64,000 bases of DNA from Octopus vulgaris (Eukaryota). This document shows positions 37,996 through 51,875 of this stretch, in pieces. Made by a program: the position numbers and the translations under genes. The stretch spans positions 57,226,001-57,290,000 of the forward strand of contig OX597816.1 in NCBI GenBank assembly GCA_951406725.2, read 5' to 3'. The first letter of the stretch is position 1. Each line of letters starts with the position of its first letter. The notes beneath the pieces are model-generated. The model made no database searches. It saw nothing but the letters and a program-made list of their open reading frames with translations, and was not told the origin of the DNA.

Positions 37996-40171
37996 TATAT
38001 GTATATATGTATATATACTGGCAGATGGATAGACGGATAAATATACACACACGCATATATATATATAGTACACACACACACGCACCTTGATGAAAAGTTC
38101 TTATCAAATCAGGTCACACTAACCTACTTGTAGACTATGACACAGATACTTGACCTCTGCTAATGACCTTCGAGTCATTAATAAAGGTCAACCTTCTAAT
38201 AATCTCTTGTTCCTTTGTTACAGAACAGATATAACTGATTGCATCGACCCTAATATAAAACTGGTACTTTACAAATCTCACAAAGGCATTGACGAACAGT
38301 GACGTTTCAACTCCGAACACCTTTTGCTAATGAAATCTCGTTACATAATGAACCAATGAAGGAGCCTCTATGCGGTTGCTTGGCATGCTAGAAATCGCCA
38401 CCAAATATCCCTTAACTCAAAGTTTGCTGGATCTTTTCACAGCCATCAGGGTGCGTAGCGCTCCTCACGACTGCAGGTCAGTGAGATAGTTGTAAACAGT
38501 TTCGAGTAGGGACCGGAAAAAAAAGTATGAACCTACAATGCGCATGTCATATCTCGCTTTATCTCGCTGCTTCAATTATGCAAATAACACCTTATAAATA
38601 CAAGTGCACCCTTATTACTTTCCTGACAAAATATTGGGCACCTAGCACTTATTAACAACTGTACCCCTAGTTTCTGCCTTTTTATGTGAATCACTTCGCC
38701 TTCCCATAATTCTCTAAAAATGAACCTGTGTGTTTTGTGGTAGACTCGAGGTGCAATCATTTTAACAACTATATGCATCCAGAGGATATTGATATATGTT
38801 ATATCAACAGGCGGGGCGTCACAATTGACTCAAAGAGCATTTAATATTCTCAGTTATTTGTCTATAAACAATTATTCATTAAGATCGCAGCAGGTGTAAA
38901 TGATATCCTTACTTAAAATTCATCTGGTGTTGTCTGTTTGTTGTCCCTTACAACTGATGATATTGTTCATAAATTGAAAAATTTCATTTCCACTGTTAAA
39001 CCTGTCAACACATCAGCAGTTGTTGGATTTATCACCATTCCCACTGCCAACTCATGCCACATAAATAACACTCTTAGCAAATCTGGTGTTCTTAAACAAC
39101 TGATTTTGAACTTGAACAGCAAAGATTAAACTGTTTATTATGTGACTTAAATGAAATTGTTAGAAATTTAAATTTTACATTATTGAGTCCATGGACAGTT
39201 TCCTGGTATCGATGTATTGCTAAGGACCATAAAAAAAGGAGCAGGAAAGGTTCCCCATTGAGGCATCACATAAGATATATACTTAGCAAGTTATATGATG
39301 GTCTGCATGCCATGTCTGACGCCACTATCGCGCAGCATTGCTGCAATTTTCTTCTTTTAATATGAAGCAACATTGTATAATATAGTCCAAGATGCACAGT
39401 GCCTTGGTAAAAGACGAGATAGCCACAACCGGAACACCTTTGATCATATGTCTGCTTACCATCCATGACCTGGGGTTAAAGAACAACAATGTTTCTACAA
39501 TAGATCTTCAATATAAAATGGCGTAGAACTGGCAAAATCGTTAACACGGAGAACCGCCATTCTTCCGCTTCTTTACGTTTTAATTTCAATCCCTTTGAGG
39601 TTAATTTTCCTTTTCATCCTTTCGGGGATCGATAAATAAAGTATCAGTCAAGTATTGGGGACGATGTAATCAACTTATTCCCGCCCCTCTAAAATCGCTG
39701 ACGTTGGACTTTGCAACGGACTGGAGGATGTTTCGGGCAATTCTGCCATGAAAACTGAGTAACCGACCTCATCAGTCTTAGGGCTCAAAACCAGAAAAAA
39801 AACCTTTCAGTATAATATTTTCACTAACTTCCTCCTACTATTCCTCCACCTCTCTCTCTCTCTCTCTCTACTTTCACTCTCTCACATCCTGTTATTCTCC
39901 CTCCTCTCTCACCCATTCACTCGATCCAATCCCTCCTCCTCCTCTCTCTAATCCCAGCCTCTTGGTATTTTATTGGAATTAAACTTAAAATATAACAGGA
40001 AATTGTCTTTAATTAATTAGTGAACAAATGGAAAGTTAGTTAATCTGTATCAGCCAGTACTAACAGGAATTATACCAGTAATAACACAAATACTAATATA
40101 ACAACGGCAACAACTACAGCACTTTCAACTTGATGTATTGATGTAGCTCTCTCTCTCTCTTTCTTTCTTCC

Positions 40172-40210
<39 letters not shown>

Positions 40211-40624
40211 CCACATTCCATCAGCTCTCGTATGCCCTAGGGTTCGCATTCGTATCTCCCCTCTTCCTCCTATACATGAACACACTACACATCGTCACCC
40301 CCTCCAACGACGCCCATCTCTACTTAATGACATAACCACCCTTCACCCCATCAACTTCTGCACAATGACGTCATTCACCCCTCTACACTTCACAATAACT
40401 GTTCACCGATTCCATAGAAGAGAAATTGCGAATCAGGTTAGACCAATCTTGTTTCCTTCAACGACCCAAAGACAAATACTTGAACAAAATGAAATTACAC
40501 TGTAAATACTCCAGCGAATCCGCCTAGATCTCTGCTGATAAACTTTCATCCACAGCATACAACATGCATAAAACATACAAATCTGCACATATACATACAT
40601 ACAGAAAGACAAACAGACAGACAC

Positions 40625-40972
40625 ATGGCTGTGTGGTAAGAACCACATTGTTCCGGGTTCAGTCCCACTACTTGGAACTTTGGGCAAGTGTCTTCTGTTA
40701 TAGCCTCGGGCCGACCACAGCCCTGTGAGTGGATTTGGTAGACGGAAACTGAAAGCCCGTCGTGTGAGTGTGTGTGTGTGTACCCCCGCCATTGCTTGAC
40801 AACCAATGTCCGTGTGTTTATGTCCCTGAAACACTATCGGTTCGGCAAAAAAAAACGATAGAATAAGTACTAGGCTTACAAAGAATAAGTCCTGGGATCG
40901 ATTTCTTCGACTAAAGGACATGCTCCAGCATGGCCACAGTCAAATGACTGAAACAAGTAAAAGAATAAAAGA
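40625..40972 (+). mobile_element. SINE family A
   Basis: Homology to other copies. Confidence 0.82.
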
Positions 40973-42231
40973 AAACACACACACACATACACACACACAA
41001 ACTTGTAAATGTTAAAATATGCTTGAGGCATATTTGAATCCGTAAAGAAGTCATTTACTGTATTTTCTCATGGAGAAAATTTCTCCTCGTAGACAAATAG
41101 GCGTAAAGACACCAAATTACTTTGAAGCGCCCTCTAACAAGACTGATGCATACATGCATTTCAAAGTGGTTATCTCTTCTTCAGCATCAGATACCAGAAA
41201 GAAGAACGCTATGAAGTGACAAGAGATGGATATCTCTTATTATATTGCCGTCACCGTACTGTGACAAGTTGCGCTGATCGGTGAGTCGCCGTAAATAGAA
41301 TAAGAGGGGAAAGCACTAAGCTATAATGTTATTAAAATTTAAAGTCGATCTCGGCGGAATTTGAACTAAGAACGTAAAGACGGGCGAAATGCCGCTAAGC
41401 ATTTTGCCCGGCATGCTAAAGATTCTGACAGCTCACCGCCTTATGAGGAATATCAATAAGGATAAGGTTCCAATGTGTATATCGTCAGTCAGGCAGTGAA
41501 CTGACAGAATCGTTAGAACGCTGGGCAAAATGATTCGCGGCATATCGTCCGTCTACGTTCAAATTCCGCCGAGGTCGACTTTGCCCTTCATCCTTTCGGG
41601 GTCAATAAAATAAGAACCAGTTGTACATATATGTAAGCGACTTAGACCCAACGAAATTGCTGGCCTTGTGCCAAAATTTGAAACCAATATTTAGGAACTG
41701 AAATGTGAAACAACGTCAGTATAAACTATTTCCCAACACCAATTGTATTTGAAACTGCGAACTAACTTTTTAAGGACCTGATTTCTTTAATGAGGAATTT
41801 GAATGACCTACTTGAATTTCAGACAAGCCCTACACAATATTCATGGTTCAAATCATTTCAGGACTCCAAAACAGTTACATAATAGATATATCTGTGTAAC
41901 ATAGTACGAAGCTCTGCCAGAGAAGATGCTTTATAGAAAACCATGCAGGCGTTGGAAAAGGCTGCAGTTTGGCATTTTCCAAGCAAGATGGAGAACCTCT
42001 TTGCTATTAATTCCTGTGTCTGTTTATCATTTATTCAATTCTCGGTAGCTTTGACATAATCACTGGGGAAATACGACTCAAGACGCTCTGTAACAAGCAC
42101 AACAACGTCAAAAACAATGCAAAAACAATACAGAGTTTCCTTCTCATAGGCTTTCTTTCTGTTATGTATAACGAAACACTGAACACGCGTTGAAAAGAAT
42201 CTTTAATGTCCTTGCTTGGTAAATGCCTAAA

Positions 42232-42685
42232 TTCTTTTCTTCTCTAGGCACAAGGCCCGAAATTTATTTATTTCTTCATTGCCCACAGAGGGCTAAACAT
42301 AGAGGGGACAATCAAGGAAAGACAAACGGATTAAGTCGATTACATCGACCCCAGTGCGTAACTGGTACTTATTTAATCAACTCCGAAAGGATGAAAGGCA
42401 AAGTCGACCTCGGCGGAGTTTGAACTCGGAATGTAATGGCAGACGAAATACCTATTTCTTTACTGCCCACAAGGGGCTACACACAGAGGGGACAAACAAG
42501 GACAGACAAAGGGATTAAGTCGATTATATCGACCCCAGTGCGTAACTGGTACATATTTAATCGACCCCGAAAGGATGAAAGGCAAAGTCGACCTATGCGG
42601 AATTTGAACTCAGAACGTAGCGGCAGACGAAATACCGCTTAGCGTTTCGCCCGCCGTGCTAACGTTTCTGCCAGCTCGCCGCCAT
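42232..42685 (-). mobile_element. SINE family B dimer with TSD
   Basis: ttggtaaatgcct at 42216 and 42686. Confidence 0.88.
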
Positions 42686-42985
42686 TGGTAAATGCCTTAA
42701 AGTGCGAAGACTGCCAGCTCCAGTTTGAACTACAATGTCAGAAATGTAAAATGTCTCTTTTTTTTTTATTTGTTTCAGTGATTAGACTGCGGCCATGCTA
42801 GGGCACAACCTTGAAAGGGTTTTAATCAAATGAATCGACCCAATTACATTTCGTTTTATTTCTATTTAAGCCTCCTACTTATTCTATTGGGAACTTTTAC
42901 AGAACCGCTAAGTTACGCCGACGTAAACACACCAACATCGGTTATCAAGCGGTGGTGGGAGAGAAAAACAGCCACAAAGACACAC

Positions 42986-43035
<50 letters not shown>

Positions 43036-44214
43036 GAAATATGTTACGAAAAGAAAATATAAAATACACGTGGAAATGTAAGGGTGAAATATGAAAAATC
43101 AACGAAAATGCATATTGCAAATAGAAAAAGGCTATTTATGACAGGTAACGACAAATATATACATTTAGATTGACTGAGGTAGTAATACGAGTCATAAAAG
43201 TCATTATTATGAGATGATTATAAGATGATAATAAAGTAAGAGAACAAAACGAACCAATGGTTTACGCAAAGCTATTCATCGTTTGAACAACACCGGTTAA
43301 TACCTATATATATATATATACGACGGGCTTCTTTCAGTTTCTGTCTACCAGATCCACTCACACAAGGATTTGATTTGCCCGGGGTGTGTGAGTGAGTGTG
43401 TATGCGCGTATTCACTCAGCATCACTTCGAGTGATAATGATTTAACCCCAGGTTAGCTCTAATCCACTAGACTTGTATTTAAATGCACTCCAGCCATGAC
43501 CTTCCTCCTATTCGCTATTGACATATATATCTAAGGCTATTCCGTTATTCAATGTGACCCCACTCTTAAGACTACAAGATGTTATTTGAGGGAGATTTGG
43601 CTGCTATTTCTAGCATGTTAAATCACCCGATTGCAGCTTTATGGCTACATATGGGGTGTTTGAGGGGAGGGGTGTAGGACAGTAGTTTGGGGCGGATGGC
43701 TGTACGTTCTGCTTTAACCTCGCGCCGACAAAAGATTTGTGAGTGGATTGGATGGATGGAAACTGAACGAAGCCTGTCGTATGTGTGTGTGTGCGCGCAC
43801 GTATCTGTGTGTTAGTCTCTGGTGATAACCGGTGTTGGTGTGCTTATGTCCCGGTAACTTAGCGGTTCAACAAAGAGACTGATAGAATAAGTACCAAGCT
43901 TTAAAAAATGTACTTAGGTCGATTTATTCGACTAATATTTCTTGAAGGCGGTGATCCAGCATGGCCGCACGACTGAAATAAGCAGAAAGAAAGAAGAAAA
44001 AAGGGTAAATGTCCGCTGGTATGTATGCGTGTGTGCGTATAAATATGTGAACCAATGTGTGTGTGTGTATGGTCATCTTTCTATATGCAAGTGTATATGC
44101 GTGTGCGCTCTTATACAAGTAATGATATATATATATGTAACTGATGAGTTTCGGCCATGTCGTCTAGCTTTCTTGTTATTGACCACTGGAGTGCTTCCAC
44201 TTTCATAATGAGTT

Positions 44215-46020
44215 GCTTCGTATGGGGAGACCACAGTGGGGTCGGGCGAAAGTATTCAAGGTGGGATCAGGCAAAAGTAGAGTAGAGAAGGATGATAGTG
44301 TGACCGTAAAGTTCTCAGAATCCGGAAGCACATCTTGCGGACCAAGTTAGCCTTGCTGTTTACGTAGGAACTCCTGCTTAGATTGTTATCAACAATTACT
44401 GCAAGGTCTTTGGTGTTGTTGGATGACACTAGGGAGTCGCCCGAGGGAAAAGCTTATGGTAATTTCAGAGTTTCCTCTTTTCCAAAGTGGATCAAATCAA
44501 ACTTATCTTCATTTAGAAGCACATTGTTTTTTTTCCGCCCATTGGACAACAGCAAACAGATCCGAAGGCATGTTCGATCTCCCATACTGTTTATGGCTTT
44601 CTGGAGTTTGGAATCATCTGCAAAGATTTTCAATGTAGAATGTTTGATGACATCCACCATGTCATTGATGTAGATAATGAAGAGGAGTGGACCCAACACA
44701 GTACCTTGTGGGATACCTCTACTGACTTTGGCTGAGCTTAATCGTATTCCCTCAAACATGTGTTTTGTCCGTCAAGAAACACTTTAACCACTGCAGCAGC
44801 TTTCCACGGACCCCAATGTTGGACAGTTTCTTCAGCAGGATTTTGTGGTCCACTCAGTCAAATGCCTTGCTAAATGGAGGTATGTGACGTCAATGTTGGA
44901 GCCTTCTCCCAACGCTTTTAAGATGTCATCAAAATGGCACAGAAGCTGCGACAGGCAGTCCCCGCCATCATGGACACCATGCTGGTTGGGGTTCAGCAGA
45001 TTGTTGTCTTCGAGAAAGTGAGCTATTCGCGATCTCACCACCATCTCAAATACTTTAATGATATGAGGAGTGACATCGGTCGGTAGTTCACTGGAAGAGG
45101 TTTGTTTCCCTTTTTGAAAACTGGAACGACAGACTGGGAAAGAAAATGATCGGAAATGTAGCCTGCATCAAGTAAGTTTCTCCAGAGCTCAGCTAGAGGG
45201 GGTGCAATTTGATGTCGACACATCTTCAGGACAATGGCCGGGAACTTATCGGGACCTTCTGCCGAGTTGTGCATGATCTTATTTATTTCTATTAGGATAT
45301 CAGGAGCACCAAAAGTTATGTCAGATATCATTAGTTGAGGGTTTACATCTCTGATACTAGCCAGATCAACTGCTTTAGCGTTATTGAAAACAGAGCAGTA
45401 TTGTCTCTGCAGTATCTCGCACATGGATTTTGCATCATCGTGTAGAATGTTGTTCTCATCAACCAGAGGACCAACAGTGGTAACAGCGTCTTTATGTTTT
45501 TTTTGTTTTTTTTTCAAATGAAAAGAACACTTTAGGATTAAGTCTTATTTTCTCAATGGCCCGACTCTCCTCAGCTGCTCTTTGACTTTTAATGATGATC
45601 AACATGCTTTTTTTTTGCGGTTGTGCTTTTTCGATTCGAGTGATGCAATAGCAGTCGAATGGGTGCATTGTTGCTGGCAGTATTCAAGCAGGTTGATTTT
45701 TTTGTTAATTCTTTTTATTTTTCTGATAATTGCTCTTCTATCTCTAGAGATTCTGCACTTAGATTTGTATACTGATCTTAATGGAGAATTTTTTGCGTAT
45801 ATATTTGTTACAGTATCTACAAATGTCTGTCATGATGTGTTTATGCTTAAGGGTGTGTGTACGTGCGTGAAGGCCCAATCAACTTGTGAAAGATCATGAT
45901 TGATTGCATCCCAGTCTGCGTTATGAAGATCCATAGTGTCATTGGATTTGATCTTTGAGTGGTAGAATCTCAAATCGCAGAGAATAATGTCATGGTCTGA
46001 GAGTAGTGGCATTTCTTCTA
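44215..46020 (-). mobile_element. Decayed CR1-group LINE (RT region)
   Basis: EGPDKFP, VVPVFKKGNK..NYRPMSL, QHG, GIPQGTVLGPLLFIIYINDM, FADDSKL across several frameshifted ORFs. Confidence 0.9.
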
Positions 46021-46035
46021 CTGCAATATATATAC

Positions 46036-46077
<42 letters not shown>

Positions 46078-46083
<6 letters not shown>

Positions 46084-46345
46084 GCGTAAAATAAGGGTCA
46101 CTTCTAAGTGGACATCCAATATGCTAGAAGAAGGTCACCTACGATCTAACCACAAAGATCGTAGTTAGATCGTATGTAATCTTCTTCTAGCATATTGGAT
46201 GTCCACTTAGTGGTCATCCCTTATTATACGCATGTATTACAATTTTTCTGAATTTTCGGATTTTTCTATATGCTAGGCTACTGGTTTTAAATTGATGTTA
46301 AATAAATCAATATTCAATTTATCACCCTCATCATTTAAATTTTAC
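46078..46345. mobile_element. Asymmetric fold-back repeat in (TA)n; right arm related to 3170-3330
   Basis: ctaagtggacatccaatatgctagaagaag / cttcttctagcatattggatgtccacttag, palindrome about 46078-46236. Confidence 0.7.
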
Positions 46346-46366
46346 ACACACACACACACACACACG

Positions 46367-46405
<39 letters not shown>

Positions 46406-46546
46406 ATTATTATTATTATATGTAGAAAAATACAAACTGGGACAAGAACGCAAAACACTTAGAAGACGATACAAAAAACACGGACGGGACATTCGAAGCC
46501 CTCAATCTTCAGTCAAGAACCGGATCATCGTAGCAATTTCGGCTGA

Positions 46547-46577
<31 letters not shown>

Positions 46578-46629
46578 GCTTTCGGTGCAAATGGTTTGTT
46601 ATACGGCGCCGTATTTTACAATCTTGTAA

Positions 46630-46915
46630 ATAATAATAATGGTATTTTTATATAAGCTTAAAGCTTATGGTAATCACCGTGCAATGACTAAGGAAAATAG
46701 TCTAATAAAGGGGCATATAGGACCTCGACAGAAAAGAGAAGGTAGCACACTTAGTCGCGTTAACAAAGGGATGTGGGTTCGCATTCCACGCAGATAGGAA
46801 AGCCTTCTTTTTTCTGTCGAGGGCGTATATGCCCCGTTATTAGACTATTTTCTTTAGTCATTGCAAGGTGATCGCCATAAGCTATAAGCATATATAAAAA
46901 TATCATATATTATTA
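46630..46915. mobile_element. Fold-back/MITE with about 110-bp inverted arms
   Basis: tgcaatgactaaggaaaatagtctaataaaggggcatata..cctcgacagaaaa / ttttctgtcgagg..tatatgccccgttattagactattttctttagtcattgca. Confidence 0.75.
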
Positions 46916-47406
46916 TTATTATTATTATATTGGAGGAAAAATCAAGGCAGAACAAGTATCTCAAGTCATTTAGAATAGTTTAATTAGGGTAAGGTGAATT
47001 TGAAGCCTTGCAGCCGTTTCTGGGGTAACCCCAAGTGGTTGGTTAGCTGTGATCTTAGAACCTGGCGGTCGACCAACCCAGCACGCCTATTCGTTTAGAT
47101 CATAAATGAACGAAAACCCTCATATTCTTTATATATATATTATAATGGGGAGGGGGGCGGTTTATGGGACTACCTTGGATTTCTCGCTCATAAAGGGTTT
47201 AGCCTTACAGCATATCTTCAGACTCCCGAACACCTCATAAACCAGTCTCTGCCATTATCATATTAACTGCTCTACATCTTAGAGTGTGTTTCTCCTCCGG
47301 ATTTATGTATTTCTACAAACGATATATATGTGCGTGTGTGTGTGTGTCTGTGCGTGTGTGTGTATGTGTTTGTGTGTGTGTGCGTGCGTGCGTGTGTGTT
47401 TGTGTA

Positions 47407-47574
47407 TAGGCGCAGGAGTGGATGTGTGGTAAGTAGCTTGCTTACCGACCACATGGTTCCGAGTTCTGTCCCACTGCGTGGCACCTTAGGCAGGTGTCTT
47501 CTACTATAGCCTCGTGAGTGGATTCGGTAGACGGAAACTGAAAGAAGCCCGTCGTAGATATCTATCTATCTATC

Positions 47575-47656
<82 letters not shown>

Positions 47657-47840
47657 TCCCCCACCATCGCTTGACAACCGATGCTGGTATGTTTGCGTCC
47701 CCGTAACTTAGCGGTTTGGCAAAAAGAGAACGGATAGAATAAGTACTAGGCTTACAGAGAATAAGTCACGGAGTCGATATGCTCGACTAAAGGCGGTGCT
47801 CCAGCATGGCTGCAGTCAAATGACTGATAAGTATAAAAGA
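47407..47840 (+). mobile_element. SINE family A
   Basis: Homology to other copies. Confidence 0.85.
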
Positions 47841-48036
47841 ATAGATAGGTCTACTTTTTTATATGCTGGCCACTAATAAAATATAATTTAAAAATTTTCC
47901 TTAATTATATATTCTGGGTGTATGTGTGTTTGTGTGTGTGTGTGTATTTGAGTTTGTGTATTAATGTTTACGAAGATAAAATATAATGTGTAAAAGTGTA
48001 TATATATTTCCAGTTAGTCAGTGTCTGTGTTTGAAT

Positions 48037-48080
<44 letters not shown>

Positions 48081-48759
48081 ATATGTGCGTGTGTATGTAT
48101 ATGCATGTGTTTAAGTGTTGTTATGTACGGAGCCGATATTAAAATTGTGAACGTCCCCTGTTACCGTGTGTGTATGTATATAAAGGTGTGCTTGTATCTA
48201 CGTGTATGTGTGCATATGTATATAAATATATTTCTTTACTACCTACAAGGGGCTAAACTTAGAGGGGACAAACAAGGACTGACAAACGGATTAAGTCGAT
48301 TACATCGACCCCAGTACGTAACTGGTACTTAATTCATCGACCCCGAAAGGGTGAAAGGCAAAGTCGACCTCGGCGGAATTTGAACCCAGAACGTAACGGC
48401 TGTGTACTTGTGTGTATGTGTGTGTGTGAGCATGGATATAAAACTGCGCTTGCACGTACGCCCGTATGTATAGATACGTGTATCCGTGTGTCCGTTTATC
48501 TGTGTGCATATAGCTATCATCGTCCGCTTTCGTGTGTGTATGTGTGTGTGTGTACGTCTGGCTATAAATATATACTTGTATGTGCGTCTGTCAGTGTGTG
48601 TGTGTGTGTATATGTGCGCAATTATAAATATACGCTTGTCTGTACTGCTGTGTATATATGTGTATAAGTGCGCACACGCGTGTGTGTGTGTCAATATAAA
48701 TGTGTGCTTGTATGAACGTATGTGTGTGTGTTAATATCCGTCTGTGTAAACGAGGCTGA

Positions 48760-49913
48760 ACCATCTATTAGTACCACATGTGAAGCCAGTCCTCTCCGTC
48801 ACCACCACCATCGTGTCTTGTGCTGGGCTGGAAGTGAAGAAGCACAACAGTTTGTCGTCGTCGTTGTCGTCGTCATTGACTAAGTTTGGCGGATTAGCTC
48901 TGTCACACACCGGCCCCCGACTAAGCAGTGAAAAAAAAAACTAAAAAAAAAACAGAAACACCTCCTTCCTTTACATTACTAACTAAGTACGACTTCACTA
49001 TCAAACCACCACATAGTAGTTGATCTTACCAGTGCAATATTTATAATATTTATACACACACACAAGCACATACACACACGCGCGCGAGGAGGACGTTTGG
49101 CATTCGAACTGAACACAAACTTTTACACCGCCTTCGAAGTTTGATGGGACAAAAACGGTGATAAACAAAAGGTAAAGCGAAAGTTTTTTAATAAACTTTC
49201 TTTACTTCGGGGAAGAAAAAAAAAGAGGAGTTAAAACAAAATAGGAAATGCCTTAAATATTAGATATTTAAATTTAAAAAAAAAAGACATATATATATTT
49301 ACAATTCACTCACGTGTCCACATTGGACGAGTGTAAAGACTGGTTTTGTCTTATCAGTAGCGGAGGAGTACTACAGCCATCGTTGTTTTATCATCATCAT
49401 CATCATCATCGGAGTATTGTAGTTAATCTTTTTTTTTTTTTTTACCTTGAAACAAACAAAAGAAGAACAGGAGAACGAAGAGATTGTTTTTTATATTTTG
49501 TTTTTAAGGTTACCCTGTCCCCCACCTTCGCCAGAGAACATCAGAAAAAAGAAACAAAAGAAAGAGAGAGAGAGAGAGAAAGTAGTGAATGCCTTGGAGA
49601 AAGAAGGAGAGATAGCAGAGGTGAGAGAAAGAGGGGGAGAAGAAACTTTTAATGAAGCAGAGAGAGAGAAAAGAGAGAGAGAGACTGTAAGAGTGTGGCA
49701 GAAGGAAACCTGGGCCTCTGTGTTCTCTCTGTGTGTGAGAGAGAGAGTGTACTGTGAGCTATCAGCCGTGTGCTCTACTGCTTGTGTGGTTGTGTATATA
49801 AAATATATATATCTATATATCTATATATGTGTGTGTATTTGTGTAATTGTATCTGTAAGTTTGTGTATGTGTGAGCCCGGTTGTGCCGTATGTCGTGAGC
49901 TGGGCTGCTCTGG
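48760..49913 (+). promoter_or_regulatory. Probable promoter/5'UTR of that gene
   Basis: SINE-free stretch with CpG-containing patches, Inr-like CCAGT near 48787, purine-rich (GA)n leader upstream of the ATG. Confidence 0.3.
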
Positions 49914-50071
49914 ATGCGCAAACAAGGCGGCGGACTGGCGTTTACCTGCCGTCAATATATACTCACCAAAATGGTTCTACTATGGTCGATAATTTACCTT
50001 TTCCTCGGAGTACATGCACAACAAGTCCAACGTTCTACGCAAATACGGGATACCCATTTGGCGGCCGGCAT
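49914..50071 (+). CDS. Probable first coding exon of a secreted/membrane protein (signal peptide); gene unidentified
   Basis: MRKQGGGLAFTCRQYILTK-MVLLWSIIYLFLGVHA|QQVQRSTQIRDTHLAAG; second ATG at 49971 in CAAAATGG context; consensus donor GTAAGT at 50072 (phase 2); GC-richer island in a SINE-free zone. Confidence 0.62.
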
Positions 50072-51499
50072 GTAAGTCTTCTTTTCGTTGTTCTTTCATT
50101 TATAAAAATTTATTTACTTTATATATGCATATGTACAGGCTACGGTAACAAAAAATAAATTTTAAAAAACTTCCACTTTCACCAGTCGTCGTAACATTTT
50201 GAACAGCAAACACACACTATGCACGAGTCCAGACAATAATGGTAACTGAAATAAAAAAAAACCAAAAAAACAGTAAAATATAGGCTATATGTGCATACCA
50301 TTATCACCTGCCTAACCTTAATAGTACCATCACAATGACTATGTAAAATATGGAAGCTTTTTCTGCCGCATTGTAGATATATACATAGTGTGTGTGTGTT
50401 TATACCTGACCATGCTTAGTTTACAGGGCCACTTCTGTATTTTCTATTACACACACACAAAATCTCGATCTCTCTCTACCCTCTGCATAAGCTTATGTTT
50501 CGGTCAGTTTTGGCCTAGACTTCACTTAATAGAACATACGTGTGTGTGCGCGCGTGTGTTCGTGCTTGCTTACATGTATGCACACTTCTAGGCACACACA
50601 CACACACACATGCAATTAATATATTAATGACTGCATTACATCTCAACACTCGCTTTCTCTCTACACACCCATTCATATATATAAATATATATATATCGTA
50701 GGCTGCGAGGTGGTCACAATGCTTGCTTTATATTATGTATTGTAGCGATAAAACTATTACGCTGTCGTAGTCGTCGTCTTATTTTTGATAAACTTTGAAT
50801 TTCTTGCCGGGAATCTTTATGTAAATGTCAACACTTGTTGATGGAACACAGAACCAGGAACTGTTGGAATTGTTTACATCAAACTTCCATAGAGCAGCAC
50901 CACCACTCCATCCCACCACACACACACACACACTCGAACATATAATATATATTTATAAAACAGTAACCACTGGGTCTTTGTTGTCTTTCTCCAACTTAGA
51001 GGGTCATTTCAGTTGAGTATTTTTACGTGTTATGACATCGAGTGCATCATCACTGCCACTATGCATGTTTGGTGCTTATCTCTGTTCACTGCTGGATTAT
51101 TGTCAAATTCCTTCATATTTTTCGGAATGTATTGAACATTTTTTTTGTTTTTTTTGCATATTCGTAATCTCTGACATTTAAAACATAGGAACACGAAAAA
51201 AATTTTTATTTTTTAAATGCATCTTTCAAGGAAAGGTGTGAAACTGCATCAGCCCCACATGGCGAAGTTCGCCATTTAAAGCTATGGTAAATGCTATGCG
51301 AGGTGATGTGGGAAGGAAATTGTGTTTATGTATTCGGTGAACTGGTTCGCTTCACATTCTCACAGTTGCAGGTTCGATCACACGAACCGACGTCACGCAT
51401 AGCTTCGGGTGGAGCAAAACCCTTCTTAGTGGACATAAGTTGAGGGCAGTTTATGTAGAAGTTTGTCAGGGTGAACTGCTACCCGAATCAAAAAACGTG

Positions 51500-51875
51500 A
51501 GCACGCCGGGCGAAATGCTTAACGGTATTTCGTTTGCCGTTACGTTCTGAGTTCAAATTCCGCCAAAGTCGACTTTGCCATTCATCCTTTCGGGGTCGAT
51601 TAAATAAGTACCAGTTACACACAGAGGTGGATGTAATCGACTTAATCCGTTTGTTTTTCCTTGTTTGTCCCCTCTATGTTTAGCCCCTTGTGGGTAGTAA
51701 AGAAATAGATATTTCGTTTGTCTTTACATTCTGAGTTCAAATTCTGCCGAGGTCGACTTTGCCTTTCATCCTTTCGGGGTCGATAAATTAAGTACCAGTT
51801 GCGTACTGGGATCGATCTAATCGACTGACCCTCTACCCAAAAATTTCGGCCGATGTGCCTAGAGTAGAAAAGAAA
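51500..51875 (+). mobile_element. SINE family B dimer
   Basis: Homology; tail tgtgcctagagtagaaaagaa. Confidence 0.85.

Noticed and set aside
44141-44170. CTGATGAG hammerhead core on the plus strand
   Set aside because: No stem II/GAAA downstream; at best a decayed minus-strand relic
49982-50071. Pax3/7-like N-terminus (GYPF before the paired box)
   Set aside because: Only four matching residues, no paired-box exon in the window, and the signal-peptide frame fits better
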